Source: Alphaproteobacteria bacterium
Lineage (GTDB): Bacteria; Pseudomonadota; Alphaproteobacteria; MPNO01; UBA830
DNA length: 64,000 bases
Assembly (NCBI GenBank): GCA_964291215.2
Contig: OZ219791.1
Location: forward strand, 416,001 to 480,000
Direction of reading: 5' to 3'
A program made the position numbers and the translations under genes. Each line of letters starts with the position of its first letter. Positions within the stretch are counted from its first letter, which is position 1. The notes below the pieces were generated by a model. The model made no database searches and had not been told where the DNA came from. It was given only the letters and a program-made list of their open reading frames with translations. Positions 24,613-34,448 of the stretch are shown in pieces.

Positions 24613-24897
24613 GCCGGCAATATGACACGGCGTGGCATCGAAAGCGAGAGCTTTTTCGGTCCGGCTGGCGTCAGCCAGTGTTACAGCCGCGCCCGCCGCA
24701 AACGGAAGCCCGCTACGTGCGGGCGATATCCCCGATTGGAGAGAGCATCGGCGGTTTGGTACTATCGGTCCTGGAATGCGGCCGTATATTGATCACGTGG
24801 TTGCCGCGAACCGACCCGATGTCGAGAGTTGCGCACGGCTGGCGGTACGTTCTACGATTCCGCAACCTCCGGCAGTTTGCGAGAGCCCCGGCAGACA

Positions 24898-25959
24898 ATG
24901 GCGAGAGACATAGTCGTAAAGGTTCTGGGCAGGATCTTGCCGCCGGATTTCCAGTTTCTGGATTTGCCGCGAAAACACCGAAACATCACCTTCGCCTTCG
25001 ATCGCGATTTACGGGACTATGACTGGCTGCTCGTCTATGATGATCTGCCGCGCACCGGAAATGAGCGACTTCCGATAAGCGAGGAACGACTCGGCTGCGC
25101 CCGTGAGCGAACGATCCTGCTGACATACGAACCCAGTTCGATAAAGTATTACGGAGCCGATTACGTGAATCAGTTCGGTACGGTGATGACCAGTCACGAC
25201 TCCATGTCATTGCAGCACCCCAATCGGATCGAGATGCCGCCCGTCGGGGTGTGGTTCTACGGAGACATGGGTCATGTGACGGCGCATCCGCAGCCGCCAC
25301 AAAAGGCGCGGGAGCTGTCGGTGTTCGCTTCGAGCAAACGCATGCGGCACAGCCTGCATGCCGTCCGGCACGGTTTTCTTGCCGCTCTCCAGCAGGAGTT
25401 CGAGGGAGAGATCGATGTCTACGGGCGCGATCATCGGTATGTCGAGCACAAGGCCGAGGCTCTCGACGGATACCGTTGTCATCTTGCCGTCGAAAACCAC
25501 ATCGCGCCGCACCACTGGACCGAGAAGCTTTCGGACTGTTTTCTCGGTTACTGTCTACCATTTTATGCGGGATGCCCGAATGCCGACGACTATTTCCCGG
25601 CCGAGAGCTTCATCAGGGTCGACATGCACGACAAGAGCGGCGCAGCCTCCATCATTCGCCGGGCGATCCGCGACCGCGAGTTCGAAAAGCGTCTCCCGGC
25701 CATCGTCGAAGCCCGCCGGCGCGTGATCGAGGAGTACAATCTCGGCAATTGCATCAGCAAATATGTTGCCGGGCATCACGAACACACGGCGTCAGCCGGA
25801 ATTGACGGGTCCGTCATCCTGAGCCGTTACAAACTGATGCGCCGCGACCTGCCCGCCTTTCTTCGCTATGCGGCCGGAAAGGTCAGGATGCGACGACGCT
25901 ACAGGAGGCATTGGCGGTCATACATTCGAAGAGACCGGACCGGGCATGCGGGCGACTGA
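24898..25959 (+). CDS. GT10-family (alpha-1,3/4-fucosyltransferase-like) glycosyltransferase
   Basis: YRCHLAVENH..WTEKLSDCF..LPFYAG resembles the GT10 motif; next to GDP-fucose genes. Confidence 0.75.
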   Translation: MARDIVVKVLGRILPPDFQFLDLPRKHRNITFAFDRDLRDYDWLLVYDDLPRTGNERLPISEERLGCARERTILLTYEPSSIKYYGADYVNQFGTVMTSHDSMSLQHPNRIEMPPVGVWFYGDMGHVTAHPQPPQKARELSVFASSKRMRHSLHAVRHGFLAALQQEFEGEIDVYGRDHRYVEHKAEALDGYRCHLAVENHIAPHHWTEKLSDCFLGYCLPFYAGCPNADDYFPAESFIRVDMHDKSGAASIIRRAIRDREFEKRLPAIVEARRRVIEEYNLGNCISKYVAGHHEHTASAGIDGSVILSRYKLMRRDLPAFLRYAAGKVRMRRRYRRHWRSYIRRDRTGHAGD

Positions 25960-26207
25960 TCCGGCGCGCCTTTCGCGTTCGCTTGCGACCCTGGAGACGG
26001 ACGATAGCCCGGATCGCCGCAGATTCGCAGGGCGCCGGGCGCGCCCCCCCGGCTTGCGGCGACATTAGGTGACCTTTCCGGTCATGATCACCTTTGCATG
26101 TCGTCCGCGGGCGTGGCGACGCCATGCAGGCTCCGCGGCGGCGCGGCGTGGCCGGAAACGCGGCACGGGAAACGGCAGCGAACCCGGATTACCGGGAGGT
26201 ATTGGTC

Positions 26208-27662
26208 GTGGCGCATGATGCCGGGACGTTGCTGCCGGTCGTCCTGGCAGGCGGTTACGGAACCCGCCTGTGGCCGGCATCGCGCCGCCTGCGCCCCAAG
26301 CAGTTCCTGCCGATCGGCGGCCCCGAAAGCCTGCTGCAGCGGACGCTGGAACGGCTCGAGGTTCTCGAACATGCGATGCCGATGGTGGTTTGCGGCGAGG
26401 AGCACCGCTTTCTCGCCGCCGAGCAGCTTCGTGCAAGCGGGCTCGAAGATGCGCCGATCCTGCTCGAGCCGGAAGGACGCAACACCGCTGCCGCCGTCGC
26501 ATTCGCGGCCCTGCATGCCGTCGCCATCCTCGACGGCGACCCCCTGCTTCTCGTGCTGCCGTCCGATCATCTGCTGCCGGATCTCGAGGCGTTCCGCAAT
26601 GCCGTTGCAGCGGGCCGGCCCTTCGCTGAGAACGGGCGCCTCGTGACCTTCGGCGTCCGACCCGATCGGCCCGAGACCGGATACGGCTATATCGCCCGCG
26701 GAGACGAGCTCGGCGGCGGCGTCTGCGATGTCGCCCGCTTCGTCGAGAAACCCGACCGCGATACCGCCGAACGCTTCGTTCGAAGCGGAGATTTCTTCTG
26801 GAACAGCGGCATGTTCCTGTTCCGGGCGGCGGCCTGGCTCAGGGAACTCGAACGTCACGAACCCGCGGTTCTCGAGGCCTGCCGCGAAAGCCTGCCGCCC
26901 GGCGGCGCCGCGCCGGACCGGCTCCACCCGTTCGTCCGCCCCGACGCCGAAGCCTTCGCGAAAAGCCCGAAGATCTCGGTCGACAAGGCCGTGATGGAGC
27001 GGACGGCGAAGGCCGTGATGGTGCCGCTGGATGCGAGGTGGAGCGATATCGGATCGTGGTCGGCGCTCTGGGAAGCCGGCGAACGCGACCGGAACGGCAA
27101 CCTGCTGCGCGGCGAAGTGCTTGCCGAGGACGTGCGCAACTGCCTGATCGACAGCGGGAACGCCCTGGTGGGCTGCATCGGGCTTGACGACCTCGTGGTC
27201 GTGGTGACCCGCGATGCAGTCCTGGTGGCCGATCGGAACAGGACTCAGGACGTGCAGGGGCTTGTCGAGACGATCCGGGCGGAGGGGCGCCCGGAACACG
27301 CCGATCACCGGCAGGTCTTCCGGCCGTGGGGCTGGTTCGATATCGTCGACAGCGGCGACCGCTACCAGGTCAAGCGCATCGCCGTCAGGCCCGGCGCCAG
27401 GCTCTCGCTGCAGTATCATCGCCACCGGGCGGAGCACTGGGTCGTGGTCCGTGGCGCGGCCCATGTCAGGAACGACGGGCGGCACTATGTTGTGAGCGAG
27501 AACGAGTCCACCTTCATCCCCGCCGGCAGCGTTCACAGCCTCGAGAACCGGGACGAATCCTTGCTCGAACTCATCGAGATCCAGTCCGGCAGCTATCTTG
27601 GCGAGGACGACATCGTGCGTCTCAAGGACATGTACGGACGGGAGGAAGATCGTGACCTGTGA
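26208..27662 (+). CDS. manC: Mannose-1-phosphate guanylyltransferase / mannose-6-phosphate isomerase
   Basis: LAGGYGTRLWPASR..PKQF, EPEGRNTA, FVEKP, WNSGMF, cupin LSLQYHRHRAEHW. Confidence 0.95.
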   Translation: MAHDAGTLLPVVLAGGYGTRLWPASRRLRPKQFLPIGGPESLLQRTLERLEVLEHAMPMVVCGEEHRFLAAEQLRASGLEDAPILLEPEGRNTAAAVAFAALHAVAILDGDPLLLVLPSDHLLPDLEAFRNAVAAGRPFAENGRLVTFGVRPDRPETGYGYIARGDELGGGVCDVARFVEKPDRDTAERFVRSGDFFWNSGMFLFRAAAWLRELERHEPAVLEACRESLPPGGAAPDRLHPFVRPDAEAFAKSPKISVDKAVMERTAKAVMVPLDARWSDIGSWSALWEAGERDRNGNLLRGEVLAEDVRNCLIDSGNALVGCIGLDDLVVVVTRDAVLVADRNRTQDVQGLVETIRAEGRPEHADHRQVFRPWGWFDIVDSGDRYQVKRIAVRPGARLSLQYHRHRAEHWVVVRGAAHVRNDGRHYVVSENESTFIPAGSVHSLENRDESLLELIEIQSGSYLGEDDIVRLKDMYGREEDRDL

Positions 27663-28599
27663 TCTTGCGGGCAGGCGGGTCTGGATTGCCGGGCATGCCG
27701 GCATGGCCGGCTCGGCTCTGGTGCGGCGGCTCGGGCGCGAGGGCTGCATCATCCTGACGGCCGGCCGGCACGAACTCGATCTTGTCCGCCAGGAGGCCGT
27801 CGAACAATGGATGGAGGCCAGCCGGCCTGAGGTAATCGTCGTCGCCGCAGCCAAGGTCGGCGGCATCCATGCGAACAACAGCTATCCGGCGGATTTCCTC
27901 TACCGGAACCTCGTGATCGAATCCAACATCATCCATGCCGCCTGGCGCAGCGGAACGGAGAAGCTGCTGTTCCTCGGCTCAAGCTGCATCTATCCGCGCG
28001 ACGCGGCGCAGCCGGTCGCCGAGGACTCCCTGCTGACCGGCCCGCTGGAGCCGACGAACGAATGGTACGCGGTTGCCAAGATCGCCGGGGTCAAGCTCTG
28101 TCAGGCCTACCGGCGCCAGCATGGCTGCGATTTCATTGCCGCGATGCCGACCAACCTCTTCGGGCCCGGCGACAACTTCCACCCCGAGAACAGCCACGTG
28201 CCGGCCGCCCTCCTGGACCGCTTCCACCGGGCAAAGGCGGAGAACCGCGACACGGCCCCGGTGTGGGGATCGGGAAGGCCGCGCCGGGAATTCCTCCATG
28301 TCGACGACATGGCGGACGCCGGCGTGTTCCTGCTGAAGCACTATTCCGATGAAGCGGCTATCAACGTCGGGACCGGCCGGGACATCGCCATCGCCGAATT
28401 CGCGCAGCTGGTAGCGGATGTCGTCGGCTTCCGGGGACGCATCGTCTTCGATCCGTCCCGTCCCGACGGGGCGCCGCAGAAGCGCCTCGACACCCACCGT
28501 ATGCAGGCCCTCGGCTGGACTGCCGGTACCGATCTCAGGGACGGGCTCGAGGCGTATTATCGCTGGTACCTGGACAATCTGGAAAGCCTCCGGACATGA
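27652..28599 (+). CDS. fcl: GDP-L-fucose synthase
   Basis: [44 protein letters not shown]. Confidence 0.95.
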   Translation: MTCDLAGRRVWIAGHAGMAGSALVRRLGREGCIILTAGRHELDLVRQEAVEQWMEASRPEVIVVAAAKVGGIHANNSYPADFLYRNLVIESNIIHAAWRSGTEKLLFLGSSCIYPRDAAQPVAEDSLLTGPLEPTNEWYAVAKIAGVKLCQAYRRQHGCDFIAAMPTNLFGPGDNFHPENSHVPAALLDRFHRAKAENRDTAPVWGSGRPRREFLHVDDMADAGVFLLKHYSDEAAINVGTGRDIAIAEFAQLVADVVGFRGRIVFDPSRPDGAPQKRLDTHRMQALGWTAGTDLRDGLEAYYRWYLDNLESLRT

Positions 28600-29669
28600 G
28601 CGGCAAGACGGCACTGATCACCGGAATCACCGGTCAGGACGGGGCCTACCTGGCCGAGTTCCTGCTTGCGAAGGGCTACCGCGTGCACGGCATCAAGCGC
28701 CGGTCGTCCTCGTTCAACACGGGACGCGTCGATCATCTCTATGTCGACCCGCATGAACGGGACACGGCATTCGAGATGCATTACGGGGACCTCACGGACG
28801 CGACCAACCTGATCCGCCTGGTCCAGGAAACGGAGCCCGACGAGATTTACAACCTGGCGGCGCAAAGCCATGTCCAGGTCAGCTTCGAGACGCCTGAATA
28901 CACCGCGAACGCTGATGCGCTGGGACCGCTGCGGTTGCTTGAGGCGATACGCATCCTTGGCCTCGAAAAGACAGCCCGCTTCTACCAGGCGTCAACGTCG
29001 GAGTTGTTCGGGGCGTCGGACGAGTTCCCGCAGCGCGAGACCACGCCGTTCCGTCCGCGGAGCCCTTACGGGGCGGCCAAGCTCTATGCCTACTGGATAA
29101 CGGTGAACTATCGCGAGGCCTACGGCATGCACGCGTCGAACGGCATCCTCTTCAACCATGAGAGTCCGGTTCGCGGCGAGACCTTCGTCACCCGCAAGAT
29201 CACGCGCGCCGTAGCCGCCATCGAGCACGGGCTTCAGGACTGTCTCTATCTCGGCAATCTTGACGCCGTCCGGGACTGGGGGCATGCGCGGGACTATGTC
29301 GAAGGCATGTGGCTCATGCTGCAGCAAGACAGGCCGGACGACTACGTCCTTGCCACCGGCGAGGCCCGCAGCGTACGCGAGTTCGTCGAACTGGCGTTCG
29401 CCGAAGTCGGCCGCAAGATCGTGTGGCGCGGCGAGGGGGCGGATGAGACCGGGGTTGATGCGGCATCGGGACAGGCGCTCGTCCGCATCGATCCGCGATA
29501 TTTCCGCCCCACAGAAGTCGACCGGCTGCTCGGTGATGCCTCCAAGGCGCGGCGTGTTTTCGGATGGCAGCACCGCACAGGGTTTGAGAAGCTGGTTCAG
29601 GAAATGGTGGGGGAAGACCTCAGGGCCGTTCTTGCATCGACCGCGATATCCGGACAATCAACAACGTAA
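28596..29669 (+). CDS. gmd: GDP-mannose 4,6-dehydratase
   Basis: [48 protein letters not shown]. Confidence 0.97.
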   Translation: MSGKTALITGITGQDGAYLAEFLLAKGYRVHGIKRRSSSFNTGRVDHLYVDPHERDTAFEMHYGDLTDATNLIRLVQETEPDEIYNLAAQSHVQVSFETPEYTANADALGPLRLLEAIRILGLEKTARFYQASTSELFGASDEFPQRETTPFRPRSPYGAAKLYAYWITVNYREAYGMHASNGILFNHESPVRGETFVTRKITRAVAAIEHGLQDCLYLGNLDAVRDWGHARDYVEGMWLMLQQDRPDDYVLATGEARSVREFVELAFAEVGRKIVWRGEGADETGVDAASGQALVRIDPRYFRPTEVDRLLGDASKARRVFGWQHRTGFEKLVQEMVGEDLRAVLASTAISGQSTT

Positions 29670-29681
29670 GGGATCGAAGCC

Positions 29682-30569
29682 ATGAAGATAGTCCTGCTCG
29701 GCACCGGAACGCCGGTCCCGTCCCTGAAGCGCGCGAGCTCGGGGTATCTCGTCGATCTCGGCGGCGAACGCCTGATGTTCGACATCGGGCCGGGCTCGTA
29801 TCACCGGATGATGGAGGCCGGATATCGCGCCATCGACATCGCCGGCCTCTTTCTCTCGCATCTGCATTACGATCACTGCTGCGATTACGGACGCCTGATC
29901 ATGACGCGCTGGGACCAAGGCGCCGGCACGATACCGGAACTGCAGGTATTCGGGCCCCGCCATGCGACACGCATGACGGAACTCCTGTTCGCGAACGATG
30001 GCGTGTTTGGGCCCGACATCGCGGCGCGCACCGGCCACGAGCCGAGCCTCCAGGTCTTCGAGGCACGCGGCGGCACGCGGCCGCGGACCGGGCCGTCGCC
30101 GTCGGTAACCGAAATCGAAAGCGGCTTTGCGGTCGAACGCGACGGCTGGACCTTGCGCGCGGTCGCCGTTCCACACGCGCAGCCACATCTCGACTGTTTC
30201 GGATTCCGCCTCGATACTCCGGCGGGCTCGTTCGCCTATTCGGGCGACGCCGGGCCGTCGAAACCGTTCACCCGCCTTATCGAAGGGTGCGATGTCCTTG
30301 TCCACATGACCTACCAGATTTCGGGCACTGCGCCCGGGCCGGAATGGACCAGGGGCGCCGCCGGTCACCGCGAGGTTGCCGAGACCGCCGCCGCGGCCGG
30401 CGTGGGCAAGCTCGTCGTTACCCATGTCTCGAGCCAGATGGACGCGCCGGGCATCCGTGAACGCCTGATCTCCGAAATGGCGGAGATCTTTGGCGGGCAC
30501 ATCATCTGGGGGGAGGACCTGATGACGATATCCGCCGGCGATCCGACCGTAGAAAGCCATGCGGGTTGA
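29682..30569 (+). CDS. MBL-fold hydrolase (RNase Z / arylsulfatase-like)
   Basis: LLGTGTP, SHLHYDH, YSGD, LVVTH. Confidence 0.85.
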   Translation: MKIVLLGTGTPVPSLKRASSGYLVDLGGERLMFDIGPGSYHRMMEAGYRAIDIAGLFLSHLHYDHCCDYGRLIMTRWDQGAGTIPELQVFGPRHATRMTELLFANDGVFGPDIAARTGHEPSLQVFEARGGTRPRTGPSPSVTEIESGFAVERDGWTLRAVAVPHAQPHLDCFGFRLDTPAGSFAYSGDAGPSKPFTRLIEGCDVLVHMTYQISGTAPGPEWTRGAAGHREVAETAAAAGVGKLVVTHVSSQMDAPGIRERLISEMAEIFGGHIIWGEDLMTISAGDPTVESHAG

Positions 30570-30582
30570 GCGCCGGCTCGGG

Positions 30583-30791
30583 CAGGACTCTTTCCCATGC
30601 TCTTATGAGCTCCACTCCTTGGCTGGTGTTTTGAATGACCGCTGAACAGGGCACGAACTTCCGCATCCTGCCGGATTTTCTGGCTGCGGGGCCGTCTGCG
30701 GGTCGTCGCAGCCAGAAAACCCGGCAGGGTTGGGCCTGTGCAACCTCCCTCCATCAGCAGTCGGCAAGATTGAACGCGTAGGAAAGGCCCG
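30583..30791. repeat. MITE type B (derived from the ISAs1 right end), degraded copy
   Basis: Similar to 53038-53225 and, inverted, to 48333-48519. Confidence 0.75.
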
Positions 30792-30801
30792 AGATGTCGT
30801 A

Positions 30802-30992
30802 CACGGCGATCCCACGCTGCTAATCCAGCGGCGACTGGCGAGATTTTTCGGTCTGCGTCGCGCTGCAATCGTGCCGCCAAGGCTCGATGAGACTTTCTCG
30901 GCACCAAAATTGCGATCAAGGGGCTATCTGTGATGACACGAGCCCCAACGCACTCGGATTTCGCGTCTCCAAATTCGCATCGGATCACCGTG
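30802..30992. repeat. MITE type C, copy 1
   Basis: TIR CACGGYGATCC; inverted copy at 40341-40533. Confidence 0.75.
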
Positions 30993-31002
30993 CGGTCCAG
31001 GA

Positions 31003-31185
31003 CAGGGCTCTTCTTTTGTCATGTTTCGTCCGACGAGGGGCGTTGTAGGCAGATCTGGAGGTCCATTCGGGAGCGGATTTCGTTGTCGATATGCCGGTTC
31101 CGACTTTGAGACGGTGCCACTAACTTCAAGAACGGCCACTCTGACACGGTTGTCCGCCGCCGATCGCGACAACAGAATGGTCCTG
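31003..31185. repeat. 183-bp MITE type A, copy 2
   Basis: CAGGG..CCTG ends; 10-bp TSD CGGTCCAGGA. Confidence 0.9.
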
Positions 31186-31275
31186 CGGTCCAGGACCGGT
31201 GCATGTATATCTCCGCCGTGACATGATATAGTTGCTACAACAACCATTTTCAGGACTCTCGAAGGGAGGAAACCG

Positions 31276-32232
31276 ATGAACCGCAGATATCTCGGAACGA
31301 CCCTGCTTGCGGCCAGCGTCGCGCTTGCCGTCATGCCTGCCGGAGCGCTGGCACAATGGCAACCGTCGGGCCCGATCAACCTGATGATCGCGTTCACCGC
31401 CGGCGGTGGCGCCGATACCCAAGCGCGCCTGATCGCCGCCGAACTCGAAAAGCGCAAGGGCTGGAAGATCGTGCCGCAGAACGTCACCGGCAAGGGCGGC
31501 GCGGTCATGGCCGCCAAGCTCATGTCACAACCCAATGACGGCCTTACCATCGGCATCGCCGTCACCGAGACCTTCGGCTACAACATACTGGCGGCGAAAA
31601 AGCGCCAGTTCTCGGAGAAAGACTTCACATACATCACCACGACGGCGGGCAGCCAGATGGGGCTGGTCGCGAAGGCTGATCGCGGCTGGAAGTCGATCCA
31701 TGACGCCGTTGCCGCGGCCAAGGGCGGCAAGACCCTCAGGCTCGGCGCCATGAGCGCCAAGCTCGCCGACATCGCCTACGCCATCGAACAGAAGATGGGC
31801 ATCAAGTTCAACGTCGTCATGCTCCGGGGCGGCCGTGCCGTGGTCAATGCGGTCACCGCTGGCGATGTCGATGTCGGCTGGGGCGCGGGCATCCAGAACA
31901 AGGCCGTCAAGGCTGGCGATCTGGTCAATCTCCTGTCTGGCGAAAAAACGCGCCTCATGCTCTCTCCGGACGTCCCGACACTCGGCGAACTCGGCGTCCC
32001 ATTCACTGGCGGCGCCAACTTCGTGATCGTCGGGCCCAAGGGCATTCCCGCGGCGGCGCGCATGGGCTATGCCGCCGCCATCGCCGAGGTGCTCAACGAC
32101 AAGTCGACCAAGGCAGCGCAGTTCGTGCAGCGCGCCTTCGGCGGGCCGAAGCTGATTTCGGGCGCGGCGCTGGACAAGCTGATCGCCGACGGCATCGCGG
32201 ACGCGAAAAAGCTCATGGAAGCTGCAAGCTAG
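31276..32232 (+). CDS. Tripartite tricarboxylate transporter substrate-binding protein (TctC/Bug)
   Basis: Signal peptide, FTAGGGAD..AR, NVTGKGG, PNDGLTI, PDVPTLGELG. Confidence 0.9.
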   Translation: MNRRYLGTTLLAASVALAVMPAGALAQWQPSGPINLMIAFTAGGGADTQARLIAAELEKRKGWKIVPQNVTGKGGAVMAAKLMSQPNDGLTIGIAVTETFGYNILAAKKRQFSEKDFTYITTTAGSQMGLVAKADRGWKSIHDAVAAAKGGKTLRLGAMSAKLADIAYAIEQKMGIKFNVVMLRGGRAVVNAVTAGDVDVGWGAGIQNKAVKAGDLVNLLSGEKTRLMLSPDVPTLGELGVPFTGGANFVIVGPKGIPAAARMGYAAAIAEVLNDKSTKAAQFVQRAFGGPKLISGAALDKLIADGIADAKKLMEAAS

Positions 32233-32292
32233 CGCTCTCGGCGAACGGCAATCGCGCAGCGAAGACCGCGCCGGACCACAGGAGCAAACTCC

Positions 32293-32862
32293 TTGCGCCG
32301 CGATCCCTGGGGCCTCGGCCTTGCCGGAGCCTTCGCGGTTTTCGCTGCGGCGACGCTCGGCTTGTGGATTCCCGGAGACATTGAATCGGGCATCGTCGAG
32401 ACCTTCCGGCGGCGCACGACCATCGGTGACGCGATGGCGCCGACCGTGGCGGCGGCCGGCATGCTGGCCGCCGCGCTCGCGCTCGGCTGCGCCGCAGCCC
32501 TCCACCCGCCGCGAGCCACGAAACCGCTTGACCGCAACAGCCTCCTGTTCGTCGCCCGCATCACCGCCGTGATCGGGGCAGGCCTCGTCCTGATGGTCCA
32601 TGCCGGGCCGCTGGCGGTCGAAGCCGTCAATGCGCTCGGCGGCAGGATCGGCAGCTATCGCGAATTGCGCGACACGTTTCCTTACAAGTTCTTCGGCTAC
32701 GTCCTTGGCGGGTCCGTCATGGTCGCCGGCATGATTGCCGTGATCGAGCAGCGCCTGTCGGTGGCGCCGCTTGTTGCGGCGGCGCTAGCCACGCTTGCGC
32801 TCGCTGTCCTGTATGACGTTCCCTTCGACGACCTGCTACTGCCGCCCAACGGAGACCAGTGA
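32293..32862 (+). CDS. TctB-like small membrane subunit
   Basis: Several TM helices; lies between the tctC- and tctA-like genes. Confidence 0.6.
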   Translation: MRRDPWGLGLAGAFAVFAAATLGLWIPGDIESGIVETFRRRTTIGDAMAPTVAAAGMLAAALALGCAAALHPPRATKPLDRNSLLFVARITAVIGAGLVLMVHAGPLAVEAVNALGGRIGSYRELRDTFPYKFFGYVLGGSVMVAGMIAVIEQRLSVAPLVAAALATLALAVLYDVPFDDLLLPPNGDQ

Positions 32863-34448
32863 TGGACATCCTCGACCATGTCTGTCTGGGCATCGCTGCC
32901 GTGTTCACGGCGTCGCCGGTCGCGGCCCCATTCGGGATCCCGATCTCGACTACAGTCGTCATGGTCGCGTCCGGCTTTCTCGGCGGAATCGTCGTCGGTG
33001 CTACGCCCGGCCTCGGCGGGCCGTTCGCGATGGCGATTTCGCTGCCAATCCTGATCACCGTCTTCGGTTTCAATCCGGAGGCGCTGCTGCCGGTGCTCGG
33101 CTTCATGATCGGGATCATGAAAGGGGCGACGATCGGCGGCGCCGTGCCGGCAATCCTGTTCAACACGCCGGGTACGCCGGACTCTCTGCTGACAACGCTC
33201 GACGGCTATCCCATGACCCGGAAGGGGCAGTCGGGCAAGGCCTTGCGGGTGGCGCATTTCTCCTCGGCTTCCGGCGACACCTTCTCGGACATCGTCCTGT
33301 TCACCTGCGCGCCGTTCCTTGCCATCACGGTCGAGCGCTTTCTCGGCTTTCCGGAAAAGGCCGCCCTGATCCTCCTTTCGCTCGCGTTCATCTCGGCGGT
33401 TGTCGGCAATTCGGTGTGGAAGGGGCTGCTTGCCGCCTTCCTCGGCATGTTCGTCGCCTTCATCGGCACCGGCGAGGATTCCCATCCGCGTCTGTCTCTC
33501 GGCATCGACGCCTTCGCGGGCGGCCTGCCGCTCATCAGCGTCGTGCTCGGGGCACTGATTCTCGGCGAGGTGTTCGAAGCGCTCGAAAAAATGTGGCGCG
33601 AGATGCGCGCGACCGCCGTGATCAGGTCTCCGCGGCCGTCCGGTGACAACGGTCTGCGCCTCGCCGACATCAGGCGCATCTTCCCATTCATCGGACTCTC
33701 CGCAGTGATCGGCACCGTCATCGGGGCGCTGCCCGGTATCGGCTCGACGCTTGCGGCCACACTCGGCTATGCCACCGGACGCAGGTTCCACAAAGGCCGC
33801 GAGAGCTTCGGCAGCGGTGTGCCGGAAGGGGTGGCGGCGACGGAGGCGGCGAACAGCGCGGTATCGGGGGCCAATCTCATTCCGGTGCTCTCGCTCGGCA
33901 TCCCGGGCAACATCGCTGCCGTCTTCATACTTCTGGCGACCGAAACCATCAGCGGCTTCAATCCCGGCCCCTCGGTGTTCCGCCTGATACCGGACCAGGT
34001 CAATTCGGAGATGGTGATCGCCTTCGGTCTGTTCACGACCATGGTTTTCGCCAACCTCCTCAACTGGACCGTCGGCGGCGTGTTCATGCGCTCGATGGGG
34101 ATCATGATGCGCATACCCAAGCAGCGCCTTCTCCCGATCGTGCTTCTTCTCACGCTGACCGCAATCTATTCCCAGCGGCCGGAAATGGCAGCGATCTACA
34201 TCACCCTCGCCTTCGGCGTGCTGGGCTATCTCATGCGCAAGTTCGAGATCTCGGTCCTGCCGTTCGTGATTTCCTTCATCCTCGCCAACAACCTCGAGGA
34301 GGCGATGCGCCAGGCCTTCTCGGCAACTGGCGCCGATCCCTGGTTCCTGTTCTCGAGCCCCATCTCGACGGGCTTCATCGTTCTCGCGGTGTTCGTGACC
34401 CTGTTCTATGCCCGCCGCCCGCGTCCCGCCAATCATGGAGAAGAGTGA
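32859..34448 (+). CDS. Tripartite tricarboxylate transporter permease (TctA)
   Basis: GATPGLG, AILFNTPGTP..TTLDGYPM, GALPGIG, EAANSA..IPVLSLGIPG. Confidence 0.9.
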   Translation: MMDILDHVCLGIAAVFTASPVAAPFGIPISTTVVMVASGFLGGIVVGATPGLGGPFAMAISLPILITVFGFNPEALLPVLGFMIGIMKGATIGGAVPAILFNTPGTPDSLLTTLDGYPMTRKGQSGKALRVAHFSSASGDTFSDIVLFTCAPFLAITVERFLGFPEKAALILLSLAFISAVVGNSVWKGLLAAFLGMFVAFIGTGEDSHPRLSLGIDAFAGGLPLISVVLGALILGEVFEALEKMWREMRATAVIRSPRPSGDNGLRLADIRRIFPFIGLSAVIGTVIGALPGIGSTLAATLGYATGRRFHKGRESFGSGVPEGVAATEAANSAVSGANLIPVLSLGIPGNIAAVFILLATETISGFNPGPSVFRLIPDQVNSEMVIAFGLFTTMVFANLLNWTVGGVFMRSMGIMMRIPKQRLLPIVLLLTLTAIYSQRPEMAAIYITLAFGVLGYLMRKFEISVLPFVISFILANNLEEAMRQAFSATGADPWFLFSSPISTGFIVLAVFVTLFYARRPRPANHGEE

